From Squalus acanthias (lineage: Eukaryota): DNA of 64,000 nt. The stretch covers positions 162,442,001 to 162,506,000 of the forward strand of contig CM059425.1 of the NCBI GenBank assembly GCA_030390025.1, read 5' to 3'. Below are positions 39,054 through 51,498 of this stretch, in pieces. Under the pieces are notes generated by a model, which worked only from the letters and a program-made list of their open reading frames with translations, was not told the DNA's origin and did not search any database. The position numbers and the translations under genes were made by a program. Each line of letters opens with the position of its first letter. Position 1 is the first letter of the stretch.

Positions 39054-39798
39054 CACACGTGTTCGCCCTGGCCACCGAAAGTGTCCCTGACATCCCACAT
39101 AGCACAGGAGGAGCACTCCACGCTGCCGAGCTGCCCTGCCATGACCTACCCTTAATTTACTCCCTTTACTTCCTCTAAATTAAAGAATATTAAATACACT
39201 AGGGACCTTACTTCACTTTACACACTACTTACTCTAAACTAGAGACCGTACTTTTACTTTAACGACTGGGCTGTAGAAATACTCACCAGGTCCTACTTAC
39301 CAATCAACTCCTTCCCTGGTTGCTCCCGCTCTCGGACTCTTTCCTGGGTGTAAAGTAAGAACCAAATCCTATGGAGTGAAAAGTTAGGGAAAGCAAAGGC
39401 GAAACAAGGGAGCTCCTCCTTCCACTCCTCACCCACCTAACTCCCTCACTCACCCAACTCTCAGCACTCTGTGCTAACCGCACTCAGTGCAGATCGCACT
39501 GCGAAGCCTATTTTTATAGGCCTAGTTTCCCTAATTAACTTCCTTCAGCTGCTCTGAATTATCCTCTGCCTTCTCCAGGGCTGCCGACTCCTTTCAGGTC
39601 TGCTGTCCTCGGCCTCCCGCACTCTTTATCCTCTGCCTTCTCTGAGGCTGACGACTCCTTTCAGGTCCGTTGTCCTTGGCTTCCCGCGCTCTTTATCCTC
39701 TGCCTTCTCCGGGGCTGCCAACTCCTTTCAGGTCCGCTGTCCTCGGCCTCCCGCGCTCTTTATCCTCTGCCTTCTCCGGGGCTGCCGACTCCTTTCAG
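39053..39798 (-). mobile_element. 5' end of a CR1 (monomer array, 5' UTR, start of the ORF1 zinc finger)
   Basis: ATG at 39142 gives MAGQLGSVECSSCAMWDVRDTFGGQGEHVC, homologous to ORF1 at 44510; upstream TATAAAAA on the minus strand at ~39510-39517 and a 67-bp tandem repeat. Confidence 0.8.
39559..39798 (-). repeat. 67-bp tandem repeat, ~3.6 copies
   Basis: ttatcctctgcc recurs at 39559, 39626, 39693, 39760. Confidence 0.95.
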
Positions 39799-39917
39799 AG
39801 GGAAGGTAAGGTGTAGGACAAATGCTGAAAGGGGAATTGGGGTTGTGGTCACTGGTACCACAGGTGGATGATTCCATCCCGGATATTCCAGCCTGAAAGG
39901 GCTGTCTGGATTGAATC

Positions 39918-40005
39918 CTTCCTTCTGCTTCCTTCTCTTCTGCTTCATCCTCTTCTGCTTCCTCCTCTTCTGTGCCTCCCTCTTCTGCGTCTTCCTCTTC
40001 CTCTG
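39918..40005. repeat. Pyrimidine-rich low-complexity repeat (ctcttctg-type)
   Basis: Repeated cttcctcttctg-like units. Confidence 0.8.
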
Positions 40006-40013
40006 TGAGCGGA

Positions 40014-40152
40014 TGCTGGAAATCTGAAATGACAGCATAAAATGCTGAAAATACTCAGCAGATTAGGCAGCATTTCGACCTGAGACGTGAACTCTGTTTC
40101 TCTCTCCACGGATGCTGCCTGACCTGCTGAGCATTTCCAGCATTTTCTGTCT
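40014..40152. mobile_element. Small inverted Penelope-type pLTR remnant
   Basis: aaaatgctgaaaatactcagcag..ggcagcat pairs with atgctgcctgacctgctgagcatttccagcatttt; same family as 54648-55343; hammerhead motif truncated (gacctgagacgtgaact). Confidence 0.75.
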
Positions 40153-40329
40153 TCTCAGAGGTCTTCTTTTACCATCCAAGGCTTTGCAAGCATCCAGCAG
40201 CACTCCTTGCATACTTATTTTTTTTTAACATGTATTGCACTAAGCCACTACTTCAATATAATAAAAAAAATCCAGTCCAAAAGCATAAATGAAAACTTGC
40301 CTGAAAGATATGTGTGTCCCTTTAAGAGG

Positions 40330-40570
40330 TCCTCTGTCAGTCTGCTGAACGCTCGGTTTTCAGAGCGAGCTTAGGACCCAGCGCTGAACTCAGCGCTAAG
40401 GCCGAAGTTCGCTGAGGTGACGTTAAGTTGGCGTGCACGTCACCCACTCTTCATTTACATAAGGTGGCTGCCGAGTCCCACGCAAGAAAAGGGCGCTATA
40501 GTGGCGGCTACCATTTTTCACCAGGACAGCGGTGCAAACAGGTGGCGGTAAGTGGCCCAATTTCTAGGCT
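40330..40570. mobile_element. One-ended Harbinger-type fragment
   Basis: GC-rich, agcgct motifs, ends ccaatttctaggct like the other Harbinger termini. Confidence 0.45.
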
Positions 40571-41399
40571 ATAACTTCACCCCCACCTGCCATAACTCAG
40601 AAAACCAAATAATTAGTAATTCACTGTAAAATGTTCATGTAGAGCTCTGCCAAATTCCTTTTTCCTCAATGCTTTTTTCTTCAAAGAAGTCAAGGAGGTA
40701 GGTCAAGCAGAATCTTCCCCTTCTGACGCTTTGTTGACTGCTGTTAAATATGGCTAATCCTCAGTTCTATTATTTGACATGGAATTGATGTAACACATAA
40801 TAAATGGGCCTGTAGTTACCTGTATCAGTTTTGTTAACCTTTTTGAAAATGGGCACCAGATTAGAATTCATAACCCTATATACCCACTGGGTTCCCCTGA
40901 TCTCCCGCTGTGAAAAATCCATGCGCATAACGCTTTAGGTTATGTTTAGGGTACATCCTGCCAATCTCTATGGAAGCAAGTATAACAGTCATCGTGGTTT
41001 GTACACTCTGTTCCCAGAAAGCATCCCTAAACAATCTCTTGTTTGCAATTAAAAAAAATCTGCTATACACTCCAGTTTAATACCTCACTGCTGAATAATC
41101 CCAGAGTCTAACTGCTGCAAATGTCATATTTTGAACTTTTCCCCTGATTTCCCAGCTGTCCTAGACTGTTATTTATTGTAAGTGGAACAACACTTAAGCA
41201 ACATTTTTTGGGACTTTATATTTTTATTGATTCTCTCTTGATTAATATATAAAATATAGACTAAATGCTCAACAATAAGGTTATGTCTTTAGTGGTTTAC
41301 AATGCAGTACTAAAACACACTCCGCTCTCAACATTAAAAAATGTAAAATCAAAAATATTATAAAAATATAATAATTTGCAAAACTTCCTTCATATATTT

Positions 41400-41768
41400 T
41401 CCCTTCCAATTTTCTCCTTTACTTTCTTGAAGGCTCTGATTGTTGCTGAGGTATGGTTCCATGGGTGCTGGCAAATCTCTAGTAACTCATCCAAGTAGCC
41501 ATTCTTTATGTGTGAGCTTTAACAGTGAGTGTCAACTAGCTAATTGACTATGGAAGGCATCAGAGCCAAACCTGAACCTGTCTTCATCTGTCATTCACAG
41601 GTGGGCACTTTCCAACATGTAGTCACTTGCTCAAGGGTGCTGAGGCCCAGATGATGCCCTAGCTGAAACCAGATAACTCAGCACAGATCAGGGATTGATC
41701 CAGTGGCCTTCTAGTCAGTATGGCTTATTACAACACCCTGCAGTACATTTAACCAGAAAGCTATCAGG
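41400..41768 (-). mobile_element. Near full-length degraded tRNA-derived SINE
   Basis: Minus-strand head with B-box-like ggatcaatccc; body homologous to 11935-12230 and 26450-26700. Confidence 0.6.
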
Positions 41769-42882
41769 AAGCAGACTTTATAATTTGTTATGACATCAAA
41801 AGAAACCAAAAACAATTCTTCCTATTAAGGCAGATATCAAAATCAGCCTCTGCTTTTGATCAGTGTCATTTGTATATAAATCACGTGATAGCCAGATTAC
41901 CATTAAGATACAATTATGGTGATACATTTCACAATTATGATCAATATCTGTATAAATAATTCATCGGACATTGTGGGATTAAAAAGTTTGGAGGGGCAGA
42001 CTGATGTTGGTCGCGTTAAGGGTCATGAATGAGCTAATTACCAGCACTCGGAGTGACAGTGCTGTGCACCACCGATATTATCAGTATGCATGTGACTATT
42101 GAGAAATTAAGTGCAATCTCAGCCACTCATTGGGCAGCAACATGTTAAACCCATGTTAATTGTGCTGTCCATCATTTGTCTGAAGCTGCACTCAACTTTT
42201 CATTAATTGATTTAGTCCCAGAACCTGTTATTAATCCTCATTTATCTGTACTGATAATAGTACAGTTAGCCTTTGTCCTTATAACACTCTCCTGTAAACT
42301 ACAATCCTGTATGTTACACATAATTACTGAATTGGTTTCTGTTGAAATAAGTACATACTTACTTTACAACACGTGCATGTTTTAGTGCAATAAAGATCTG
42401 CAATAGTGGTATCAATTTACACCCCTGTTATGATACATTATTCAGTCAAGCTTTATTTTTGCCTGGCTCTGAAATACTGTATCATGATGAAGGTCTAACC
42501 TAACCCCCCAGAATTCAGCTTTGTGTGTTAGAGGGGAGGTTAAGGCCAGTTGTTGATGCTTATAGCTTATGAATCACCACATGGAGAGTTCCAGATATGG
42601 TATTGCCCTTGCCAGCAACACTGGTGAAACCAGCTGATTTCTCACAGATAGGGAGAAATATCAGACGGCCAGTGACCTCTAAGCACAAGAAGCAAAAGTA
42701 TTTTTGATAGAAATCCGGAAGTAAGCCATTTGCCTACATTCTCAACTAGAAAATACTGGGTGGCTACAGCAGGATGAAAAGAGAGTAATAAAAGTACATT
42801 GAAAAAAATACTTTCACTTGTGCAGTGTGCAGCACTGGTAATTACCATGAAAAAATATTAAATGACACTTCTGAAGCAATAT

Positions 42883-44266
42883 GAGATCAGCGGCGGGGAT
42901 ATAAAGAGCGGAGGCCCGAGAGCACAGCGAGAGCGAGACCAGCGGCGGGGATATAAAGAGCAGCGGCCCGAGAGCACAGCGAGAGCGAGACCAGCGGCGG
43001 GGATATAAAGAGCAGCGGCCCGAGAGCACAGCGAGAGCGAGATCAGCGGCGGGGATATAAAGAGCAGCGGCCCGAGAGCACAGCGAGAGCGAGATCAGCG
43101 GTGGGATATAAAGAGCAGCGGCCCGAGAGCACAGCGAGAGCGAGACCAGCGGCGGGGATATAAAGAGCAGCGGCCCGAGAGCACAGCGAGAGTGGGACCA
43201 GCGGCGGGGATATAAAGAGCGGCGGTCCGAGAGCACAGCGAGAGCGAGATCAGCGGTGGGATATAAAGAGCGGCGGTCCGAGAGCACAGCGAGAGCGAGA
43301 TCAGCGGTGGGATATAAAGAGCAGCGGCCCGAGAGCACAGCGAGAGCGAGATCAGCGGTGGGATATAAAGAGCGGCGGTCCGAGAGCACAGCGAGAGCGA
43401 GATCAGCGGTGGGATATAAAGAGCAGCGGCCCGAGAGCACAGCGAGAGTGGGACCAGCGGCGGGGATATAAAGAGCAGCGGCCCGAGAGCACAGCGAGAG
43501 TGGGACTAGCAGTGGGATATAAAGAGCAGCGGCCCGAGAGCACAGCGAGAGTGGGACTAGCAGTGGGATATAAAGAGCAGCGGCCCGAGAGCACAGCGAG
43601 AGTGGGACTAGCAGTGGGATATAAAGAGCAGCGGCCCGAGAGCACAGCGAGAGTGGGACTAGCAGTGGGATATAAAGAGCAGCGGCCCGAAAGCACAGCG
43701 AGAGTGGGACCAGCGGTGGGATAGAAAGAGCAGCGGCCCGAGAGCACAGCGAGAGTGGGACCAGCGGTGGGATAGAAAGAGCAGCGGCCCGAGAGCACAG
43801 CGAGAGTGGGACCAGCGGTGGGATATAAAGAGCAGTGGCCCGAGAGCACAGCGAGAGCGAGACCAGCGGCGGGGATATAAAGAGCAGCGGCCCGAGAGCA
43901 CAGCGAGAGCGAGATCAGCGGCGGGGATATAAAGAGCAGCGGCCCAAGAGCACAGCGAGAGTGGGACCAGCGGCGGGGATATAAAGAGCAGCGGCCCGAG
44001 AGCACAGCGAGAGCGAGACCAGCGGCGGGGATATAAAGAGCAGCGGCCCGAGAGCACAGTGAGAGCGAGACCAGCGGCGGGGATATAAAGAGCAGCGGCC
44101 CGAGAGCACAGTGAGAGCGAGACCAGCGGCGGGGATATAAAGAGCAGCGGCCCGAGTGCACAGCGAGAGTGGGACTAGCAGTGGGATATAAAGAGCAGCG
44201 GCCCGAGAGCACAGCGAGAGTGGGACTAGCAGTGGGATAGAAAGAGCAGTGGCCTGAGAGAGAGCA
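42883..44266 (+). repeat. 27 tandem monomers of 51-52 bp, each with GGGATATAAAGAG (three read GGGATAGAAAGAG)
   Basis: The ATATAAAG/ATAGAAAG motif recurs from 42899 to 44237 at 51-52-bp spacing. Confidence 0.97.
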
Positions 44267-44509
44267 AAAAAAAAATCAATGAGTGGCATCACAAGATAGC
44301 AGGTAGGTGATTGGTTTGTGAGTATTGCAGCGTTTTTTTCTTTCTCTAAGCTAGTGCAGTGGTTTAAACTAAGAGCTGGGGAACTATAACTATTACATTA
44401 GTAAATAATACCTTAACTAGATAAACTAATTAATTAATAAAACTATAAATAATCGTTCGATTAAAAACTTTAACTAATTAAATAAGCAAATTAATAAAAA
44501 ACTCTAGAG

Positions 44510-45449
44510 ATGGCAGGGCAGGCTATGTGTCGGGACTGTAGTATGTGGGAGTTTGTGGACAACGAGACTGTCCCGGATTCCCACATCTGCAGGAAATGTC
44601 TCTGCCTTCAGTCACTCCGGCTCAGAGTCATTGAGTTAGAGACACTCCGAAACATAAGGGAGGGGGAGGAATTTCTGGATAGTTATATCCAGAATACCGT
44701 CATACCCTAGAGGAAAGCACAGGTTCAGGAATGGGAGGGTGTGACTGTTAGGGAGCCGGGTAGTGGGGACATAGGAGAGGTTGAGAAGGAGGTCCCGCAG
44801 ACACTGGTCCTGTCCAATAGGTATGATGTACTCGCTACCTCTGAACAGGAGGAGAAAGATTGCGGGGAGGACAGATACAATGCAGAACAAGGCACCCTGG
44901 CTCAGAAAACGGTCCAAGGGCGGGAAGAGCAGAATAGAAATGTGGTAGTGATAGGGGACTCTATAATTAGGGGGATAGATAGCATCCTCTGCAGCCAAGA
45001 ACGAGAATCCCGAAAGGTGTGTTGCCTACTCGGTGCCAGGGTAAGGGATATTTCATGACGGCTGGAGAGGAATTTAGAAATGGAGGGAGTAAATCCAGTT
45101 GTCATGGTCCATGTCAGAACAAACGACATAGGTAGGAATACAGAGGAGGTCCTGCTGAGGGATTATCAGGAGTTTGGAGCAAAATTAAAAAGCAGGACCT
45201 CGAGGGTAATAATCTCTGGATTATTGCCCGAGCCACGTGCAAATTGGCATAGAAAGTCAGATTAGGAGAATTAACATGTGGCTAAAGGGCTGGTGTGGGA
45301 CAGAGGGGTTCCTTTTCATGGGACACTGGCACCAGTACAGGGACAGGAAGGAGCTGTACCGATGGGACATGCTCCACCTGAACCGGGATAGGACCTGTGT
45401 CCTAGCAGAAAGGGTAAATAGGGAGGTGGCAAAGGCAGTAAACTGGTAA
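44510..45449 (+). pseudogene. CR1 ORF1 (N-terminal zinc finger plus SGNH/GDSL esterase-like domain), disrupted
   Basis: CRDC..HICRKC; VVIGDSIIRG, GARVRD, HVRTNDIG, DMLHLN; stops at 44708 and 45056, frameshift near 45250. Confidence 0.88.
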
Positions 45450-45619
45450 GATGGGGGAGGGATCTACAAGAAATGAAACCAGCCTAAATATAAACAAAAC
45501 AGGAAAGGGGAGCACAGGAAAGAATAAAATAAGGATAACCAGGGAATAAATAGAGTTATAGAACAGGAGTTTAAAAAGATGATTAAAAATAAAGTGAGAG
45601 GAACTACTTTTAAAAATGA

Positions 45620-48310
45620 GTTAATCTGTCTGTACAGCAATGCACATAATATCTGTCATAAAACAGGGGAGCTGGAGGCAATTATGCATTACGAGGAACT
45701 AGACATAGTAGGGATTACTGAGACATGGCTACAGAAAAATCAGGACTGGGAATTAAACCTTGCAGGGTATAACATATTTAGAAAAGATAGAGAGGGAAAA
45801 AGGGGAGGTAGAGTCGCTGTACTTATTAAGGATAACATAATGGCAGTAAAGAAAAGTGACGCAGCTATCAGCAAGACAGTATTTACCAGGGAGATAGAAC
45901 AGGTGGACATGACATCGGATGATGAGATTAGTAATGAGATAACTGCATTTAAAATACAAAGAGGAGATATATTAAATAAACTAATCAAACTCAAAGAGGA
46001 TAAAACCCCTGGTCCGGACGGATTACATCGCGCATTTTAAAAGAATCTAGGGAAGAGATAGCAGAGGCATTACTACACATATTTAATAATTCGTTAGAAA
46101 AAGGTATAGTGCCAGAGGACTGGTGGATAGCTAACGTAATACCTATATTTAAGAAGGGAGATAGAACAAGTCCAGGGAACTATAGACCAGTCAGCTTAAC
46201 ATCGGTGGTAGGAAAAATAATGGAATCCCTACTAAAGAAAAAATAGAAGAACATCTAGAAACCAAAAATATAATAAATAGTCAGCATGGATTTCAAAAGA
46301 GAAAGTCTTGCTTGACCAATCTCATTGAATTTTTTGAAGAGGTAACAGAGAGAGTAGACAAAGGTAATGTAGTAGATGTAATTTATCTAGATTTTCAAAA
46401 GGTCTTTGATAAGGTACCACATAATAGACTAATGAATAAGGTCAGAGAATGCGGAGTCAGGAGACAAGTAGCAGAATGGATAGCTAGCTGGCTTCAAGAC
46501 AGAAAGCAGAGGGTAGGGGTAAAGGGTAGCTATTCAGAGTGGCAGAAGGCAGGAAGTGGTGTTCCACAAGGATCAGTGCTGGGACCACTGTTGTTCACAA
46601 TTTATATTAACGATTTAGACTTTGGAATCAAAAACACAATTTTTAAATTTGTGGATGACACCAAATTGGGGGGGATAATCAATACTGAGGAGGACTGCAA
46701 CAAATTACAGGAAGACATTAATAAACTTGCAGAATGGGCATATAATTGGCAAATGAATTTCAACACAGATAAATGTGAGGTATTACATTTTGGTAGGTAG
46801 AATAGGGAAGTCACTTATTACTTGGAGGGTGCGAGTCTGGGTGGGGTACAGGAGCAAAGGGATCTCGGAGTACAAATACACAAATCACTAAAAGCAGCAA
46901 CACAGGTTAACAAGGCCATAAAAAAGCAAACCAAGCACTAGGGTTTATTTCTAGAGGGATAGAATTGAAAAGTAGTGAAGTTATGCTAAACTTGTATCGA
47001 ACCTTGGTTAGACCACACTTGGAGTACTGCGTACAATTCTGGTCGCCATATTATAAAAAGGATATAGAGTCACTGGAGAGGGTGCAGAGAAAATTTACAA
47101 GGATGATAGCAGAAATGCGAGGTTATATCTATCAGGAAAGGATGAACAGGCTGGGTCTCTTTTCTCTTGAAAAGAAAAGGCTGAAGGGTGACCTAATAGA
47201 GGTCTTTAAAATTATGAAAGGTTTTGATAGAGTAGATACAGAGGGCTGGATTTTGTGAATGGAGGCGAGTTGGAGGCGGGACTGCTGCTTGTCGTGTCAA
47301 TGTCCCGCCTCCATCCTCGCCTGACCATTCAGAGGGATTTTCCCCTGATTGAGCTTGTTAAGCCCGCCCTGCGGGCTCAGCAGGCCAATTAGGGAAGAAG
47401 TCACTGACAGATCATGTCAACGTCAGACGTGCTATCAGTCAAGACTTCTTGAAAGAAGAAATGACAGCATTTGACAGCTCTGTGAAGCTGTCAAATACTG
47501 ACATTCTCTTTAGTTTGATGAGTCTTTGAGGTGAGGACTCATCAAACATTGCAAATTTGTAAATTTCAGATGTCTGATGGATCGGAGGGTCCATCAGCCA
47601 TTACCTGAAATTGACAAGGAGGATGTCCGCTCTCCCCATCCAGCGCGGCTAAAGGCTATGGAAGGAAAACAAGGTAAGTGAACACTTTTTTAAACTTATC
47701 ACTCACCTTGCATACGTACCACTCCACACTTGCACCCATCACTCACCTCTACACCTTACTTCCAGGTGCCTCCGACCACCCAGACCTCCTCCACGTCTCC
47801 TCCAACCCGGCGGGGTTCTCCGAGGTCGGGAAGCCTTCACCTGTGAAGGTAAAATGGCACTAATCCTTTTTTCTGCCTGTTAACTACCTGTTAACAGGCA
47901 GTTAAAAGGATTAAATGCCTTTCCCGCCTCCAGGAGACGGGACCCGAAGCTGTACATCTTCCCGCCTCCTGGCAAATGGGCACGGAGGCGGGTTTGCCAT
48001 CCGCCCCCAATTTCTCCGATTTTACCGGCTATCCTGCCTCCATGCCCGCCTCCTCGGGGCTTGGAAAATCCAGCCCAGAGTGTTTCCACTTGTGGGGAAA
48101 AGCATAACTAAAGGCCATCAGTATAAGATAGTCACCAAGAAATCAAATAGGGAAGTCAGAAGAAACTTCTTTACCCAGAGAGTGGTGAGAATGTGGAACT
48201 CGCTACCTCAGTGAGTGGTTGAAGCGAATAGTATAGATGCATTTAAGGGGAGGTTAGATAAGCATATGAGGGAGAAGGGAATAGAGGGTTATGCTGATAG
48301 AGTTAGATGA
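45620..48310 (+). pseudogene. CR1 ORF2 (endonuclease N-terminus fused to the pre-RT region by an internal deletion near 45875, then RT)
   Basis: CLYSNA..DIVGITETW..RKDREGKRGGRVA, then directly VFTRE..KTPGPDGLH; YLDFQKVFDKVPH; SGVPQGSVLGP; KFVDDTKL. Confidence 0.9.
47243..48076. mobile_element. 834-bp Harbinger-type MITE nested in the CR1
   Basis: Perfect 12-bp TIR gggctggatttt / aaaatccagccc; TSD AGA; CR1 ORF2 resumes after it. Confidence 0.92.
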
Positions 48311-48574
48311 GGAAAGATGGGAGGAGGCTCGAGTGGAGCATAAACACCGGCATGGACTGGTTGGGCTGAATGCCCTGCTTCTGTGCCGTATATCCTGTGT
48401 AATCCTATGTAAATGGAGCCGAGCACCTTTAAACAGAAATCAGCAGTAAAGCCAAAAATGTGTCTTCAAAAGGACGTGGCCCTTAAAGAGAAGTTCAGAT
48501 ATAAACATTTTGCCCATCCTTGCTTTAATCACGTATTGGTCCCTTTCCTATTTTTTTTAAGATTAAGATATGTA

Positions 48575-51498
48575 GGGGATTAAATTGGCTAACTACCAAA
48601 AACATGGGGATCGCAGTACGCAGACAGGACGGTAAATAGAATCATAGAAACTTACGGCACAGTTGGAAGACATTCGCCCCATCGTGTCAGTGCCAGACGA
48701 AAATGAGCTATCCAGCCTAATCCCACTTTCCAGTAGGATACGGCACGTGCATATCCAAGTACTTTTTAAATGCGATGAGGGTTTCTGCCTCTTACCACCC
48801 TTTCAGGCAGTGAGTTCCAGACCCCCACAACCCACTGGGTGAAAAAGGTTCTCCTCAACTCCCCTCTAATCTTTCTACCAATTACTTTAAATCTATGCCT
48901 CCTGGTTATTGACCTCTCTGCTAAGGGAAATAGGTCCTTCCAATCCAGTCTATCTAGGCCCCTCATCATTTTATACACCTCAATTAAATCTCCCCTCAGC
49001 CTGCTCTGTTCCAAAGAAAACAACCCCAGCCTATCCAATCTTTCCTCATAGCTAAAATTCTCCAGTCCCGGCAACATCCTCGTAAATCTCCTCTGTACCC
49101 TCTCTAGTGCAATCACATCTTTCCTGCAATGTGGTGACCAGAACTGTACACAGTACTCTAGCTGTGCCCTAACTAGTGTTTTATACAGTTCAAGCATAAC
49201 CCCCCTGCTCTTGTATTCTATGCCTCGGCTAATAAAGGCAAGTATCCCGTATGCCTTCTTAACCACCTTATCTACCCGTCCTGCTACCTTCAACGATCTG
49301 TGGACATGCACTCCAAGGTCCCTCTGTTCCTCTATACTTCTCAGTATCCTATCATTTATTGTGTATTCCCTTGCCTTGTTAGCCCTTCCCAACTGCATTA
49401 CCTCACACTTCTCTGGATTGAATTCCATTTACCACTGTTCTGCCCGCCTGACCAGTCTATCATTATTTTCCTGCAGTCTACAGCTTTCTTCCTCACTATC
49501 AATCACACGGCCATTTTTTGTATCATCTGCAAACTTCGTAATCATGCCCCCTACATTGAAGTCTAAATCATTGATATATACCACAAAAAGCAAGGGACCT
49601 AGTACTGAGCCCTGCGGAACCCCACAGGAAACAGGCTTCCAGTCACAAAAACACCCGTCGCCCATTACCCTTTGCTTCCTGCTACTGAGCCAATTTTGGA
49701 TCCAACTTGCCACTTCACCTTGGATCCCATTGGCTTTTACTTTTCTGATCAATCTGCCATGTGGAACCTTGTCAAAAGTCTTGCTAAAATCCATGTAGAC
49801 TGCATCAAACACGCTACCCTCATCGATCCTCCTTGTTACCTCCTCAAAAAATTCAATCAAGTTAGTTAGACATAACCTTCCCTTAACAAATCCATGCTGA
49901 CTGTCCTTGATTAATCCATGCCTTTCTAAATAACATTTTATACTTTCCTTCAGAATTTTTTCCAATAATTTGCCCGCCACCAAGGTTAGGCTGACTGGCC
50001 TGTACTTACTCAGTCTATCCCTTTCTCCCTTTTTAATCAATGGTACAATGTTAGCAGTCCTCCAGTCCTCTGGCAGCACAACTGTAGCCAGGGAGGATTG
50101 GAAAATGATGGTCAGAGCCTCCGCTATTTCCTCCCTTGCTTCTCTTAACAGCCTGGGCTACATTTCATCTACTTTCAAAGATGCTAAATCCCATAATATT
50201 TCCACTCTCACTATGTTTATCTCATCTAATATTTCACACTCCTCCTCCTTAACTACAATGTCTGCATTGTTCCTCTCTTTTGTGAAGACATGTAAAGCAT
50301 TCATTAAGGACCATAACCACGTCTTCTGCCTCAACACAAAGGTTACATTTTTGGTCTCTAATAGGCCCTACTCTTTCTTTAATTATCCTCTTGCTCTTTA
50401 TGTATTTATAAAACATCTTTGGGTTTTCCTTGATTTTACTTGCTGCCTGCTGTTCTAAATGATTGCTGCATGCAGTTAGCGCTACCCACGCTGTTCATTG
50501 GCTGCACGCATTAGCAGGAGGCCCGATATCACGAGTGGCTAGCGCTACTTAAAGGTAGCCTGGACCTCTTAAAGGGGATGAGTATTGTGGGAGTTTGTTG
50601 AAAATTGAATCTGGGCTGTGATTCTTTGAGGAATAGCGGAACATGCAAGAGAGCGAGCAACAAGCTTTTCAGATACTGCACTGGAGGTCCTGGTGCAAGA
50701 CGTGGAGAAAACAAGAGATATCCTGTATCCACAGGGGGGCAGGCGGCCCTCCAGACACATGCTTAGGAGGCAGTGTGAGAAGTAGAGGTAGAAGCAGAGG
50801 TCAATGCCAGGAGCGTACCTCCAAGAACATGGACGCAAAGCAGGAAGAAGTTTAAAAATCTGACACGAGTTCAATTAGCCTCATCCACTGCTCAATTTAC
50901 TGCACCTCCATCACCCACCTACCAGCAATCGCTATCAATCAGTACTCAACCCTTCAATTCATATACTCTACCTCACCCTCATGCACTTAGCACTGTTGTA
51001 AGCCTCGCACCCACAACTCACAGCTCGCACACACTGGCAGCTATTCAGCCATAACAGCCACATCCAATGCTGTCCTTGCCCTGCTTTGAGGTTGCAGTTG
51101 TGGCTGCAGCAGTTGGCAGATTTCAGTCACTTTTGTGAAGTGAAGACGTCTCATGCATTGGTCCTTGCTGAAGTTGAGGTCAGAGAATTGCTCCTTAAAG
51201 ACTCACGTCGGATATCCTGCTGAGAGCCCTTCACCCCCTCCTCCTCCTCCCTCTTCTAGCAGCTTGTCCTGCTCTGCGTGGCCTCTCTTCATTCTCCCAG
51301 TTATGCTCAAATACCAGAGGAAGCCCTACCAGGCCACCCATGTCTGGAAGCAACTTGTTTCAGGACAAGCTTTTAAATGAACAGAAAAGTACTTCAGCAC
51401 CTGTCGGAAGTGTGCGTGCATCTCAGAAATTATTTTCAAGTGTTAGGTGGCTGCATAACGCCTTAAAAGCAGGTGTTACAGTGCCCAATTTAGCCCCC
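48575..51498 (+). mobile_element. Non-autonomous Harbinger with a Myb/SANT exon remnant (~50636-50870), split by a CR1 insertion
   Basis: Ends ggggattaaattgg / ccaatttagccccc; + strand encodes ARERATSFSDTALEVLVQDVEKTRDILYP..PRTWTQSRKKFKNL; TSD does not match. Confidence 0.7.
48636..50442 (-). mobile_element. 5'-truncated CR1 LINE
   Basis: Minus-strand ORFs with YMDFSKTFDKVPH, GVPQGSVLGP, KFADDTK, RAQLEYCVQFWSP; (ttctatga)n tail. Confidence 0.95.

Larger units (their letters stand above)
42883..48412 (+). mobile_element. Full-length-type CR1 LINE: 5' monomer array, ORF1, internally deleted ORF2, 3' tail; interrupted by a MITE
   Basis: Array, UTR, ORF1 (44510), endonuclease start (~45620), RT and aatcctatgt tail are collinear. 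Confidence 0.9.

Noticed and set aside
42646..42765. Minus-strand exon phase-compatible with the 27376 micro-exon
   Set aside because: Good acceptor but weak donor; a phase match has a 1-in-3 chance; peptide not recognised
42883..44266. CRISPR array or repeat-protein genes (ORFs 42814-43440, 43403-44212)
   Set aside because: Units are contiguous with no unique spacers and no cas genes; the ORFs are by-products of a stop-free repeat
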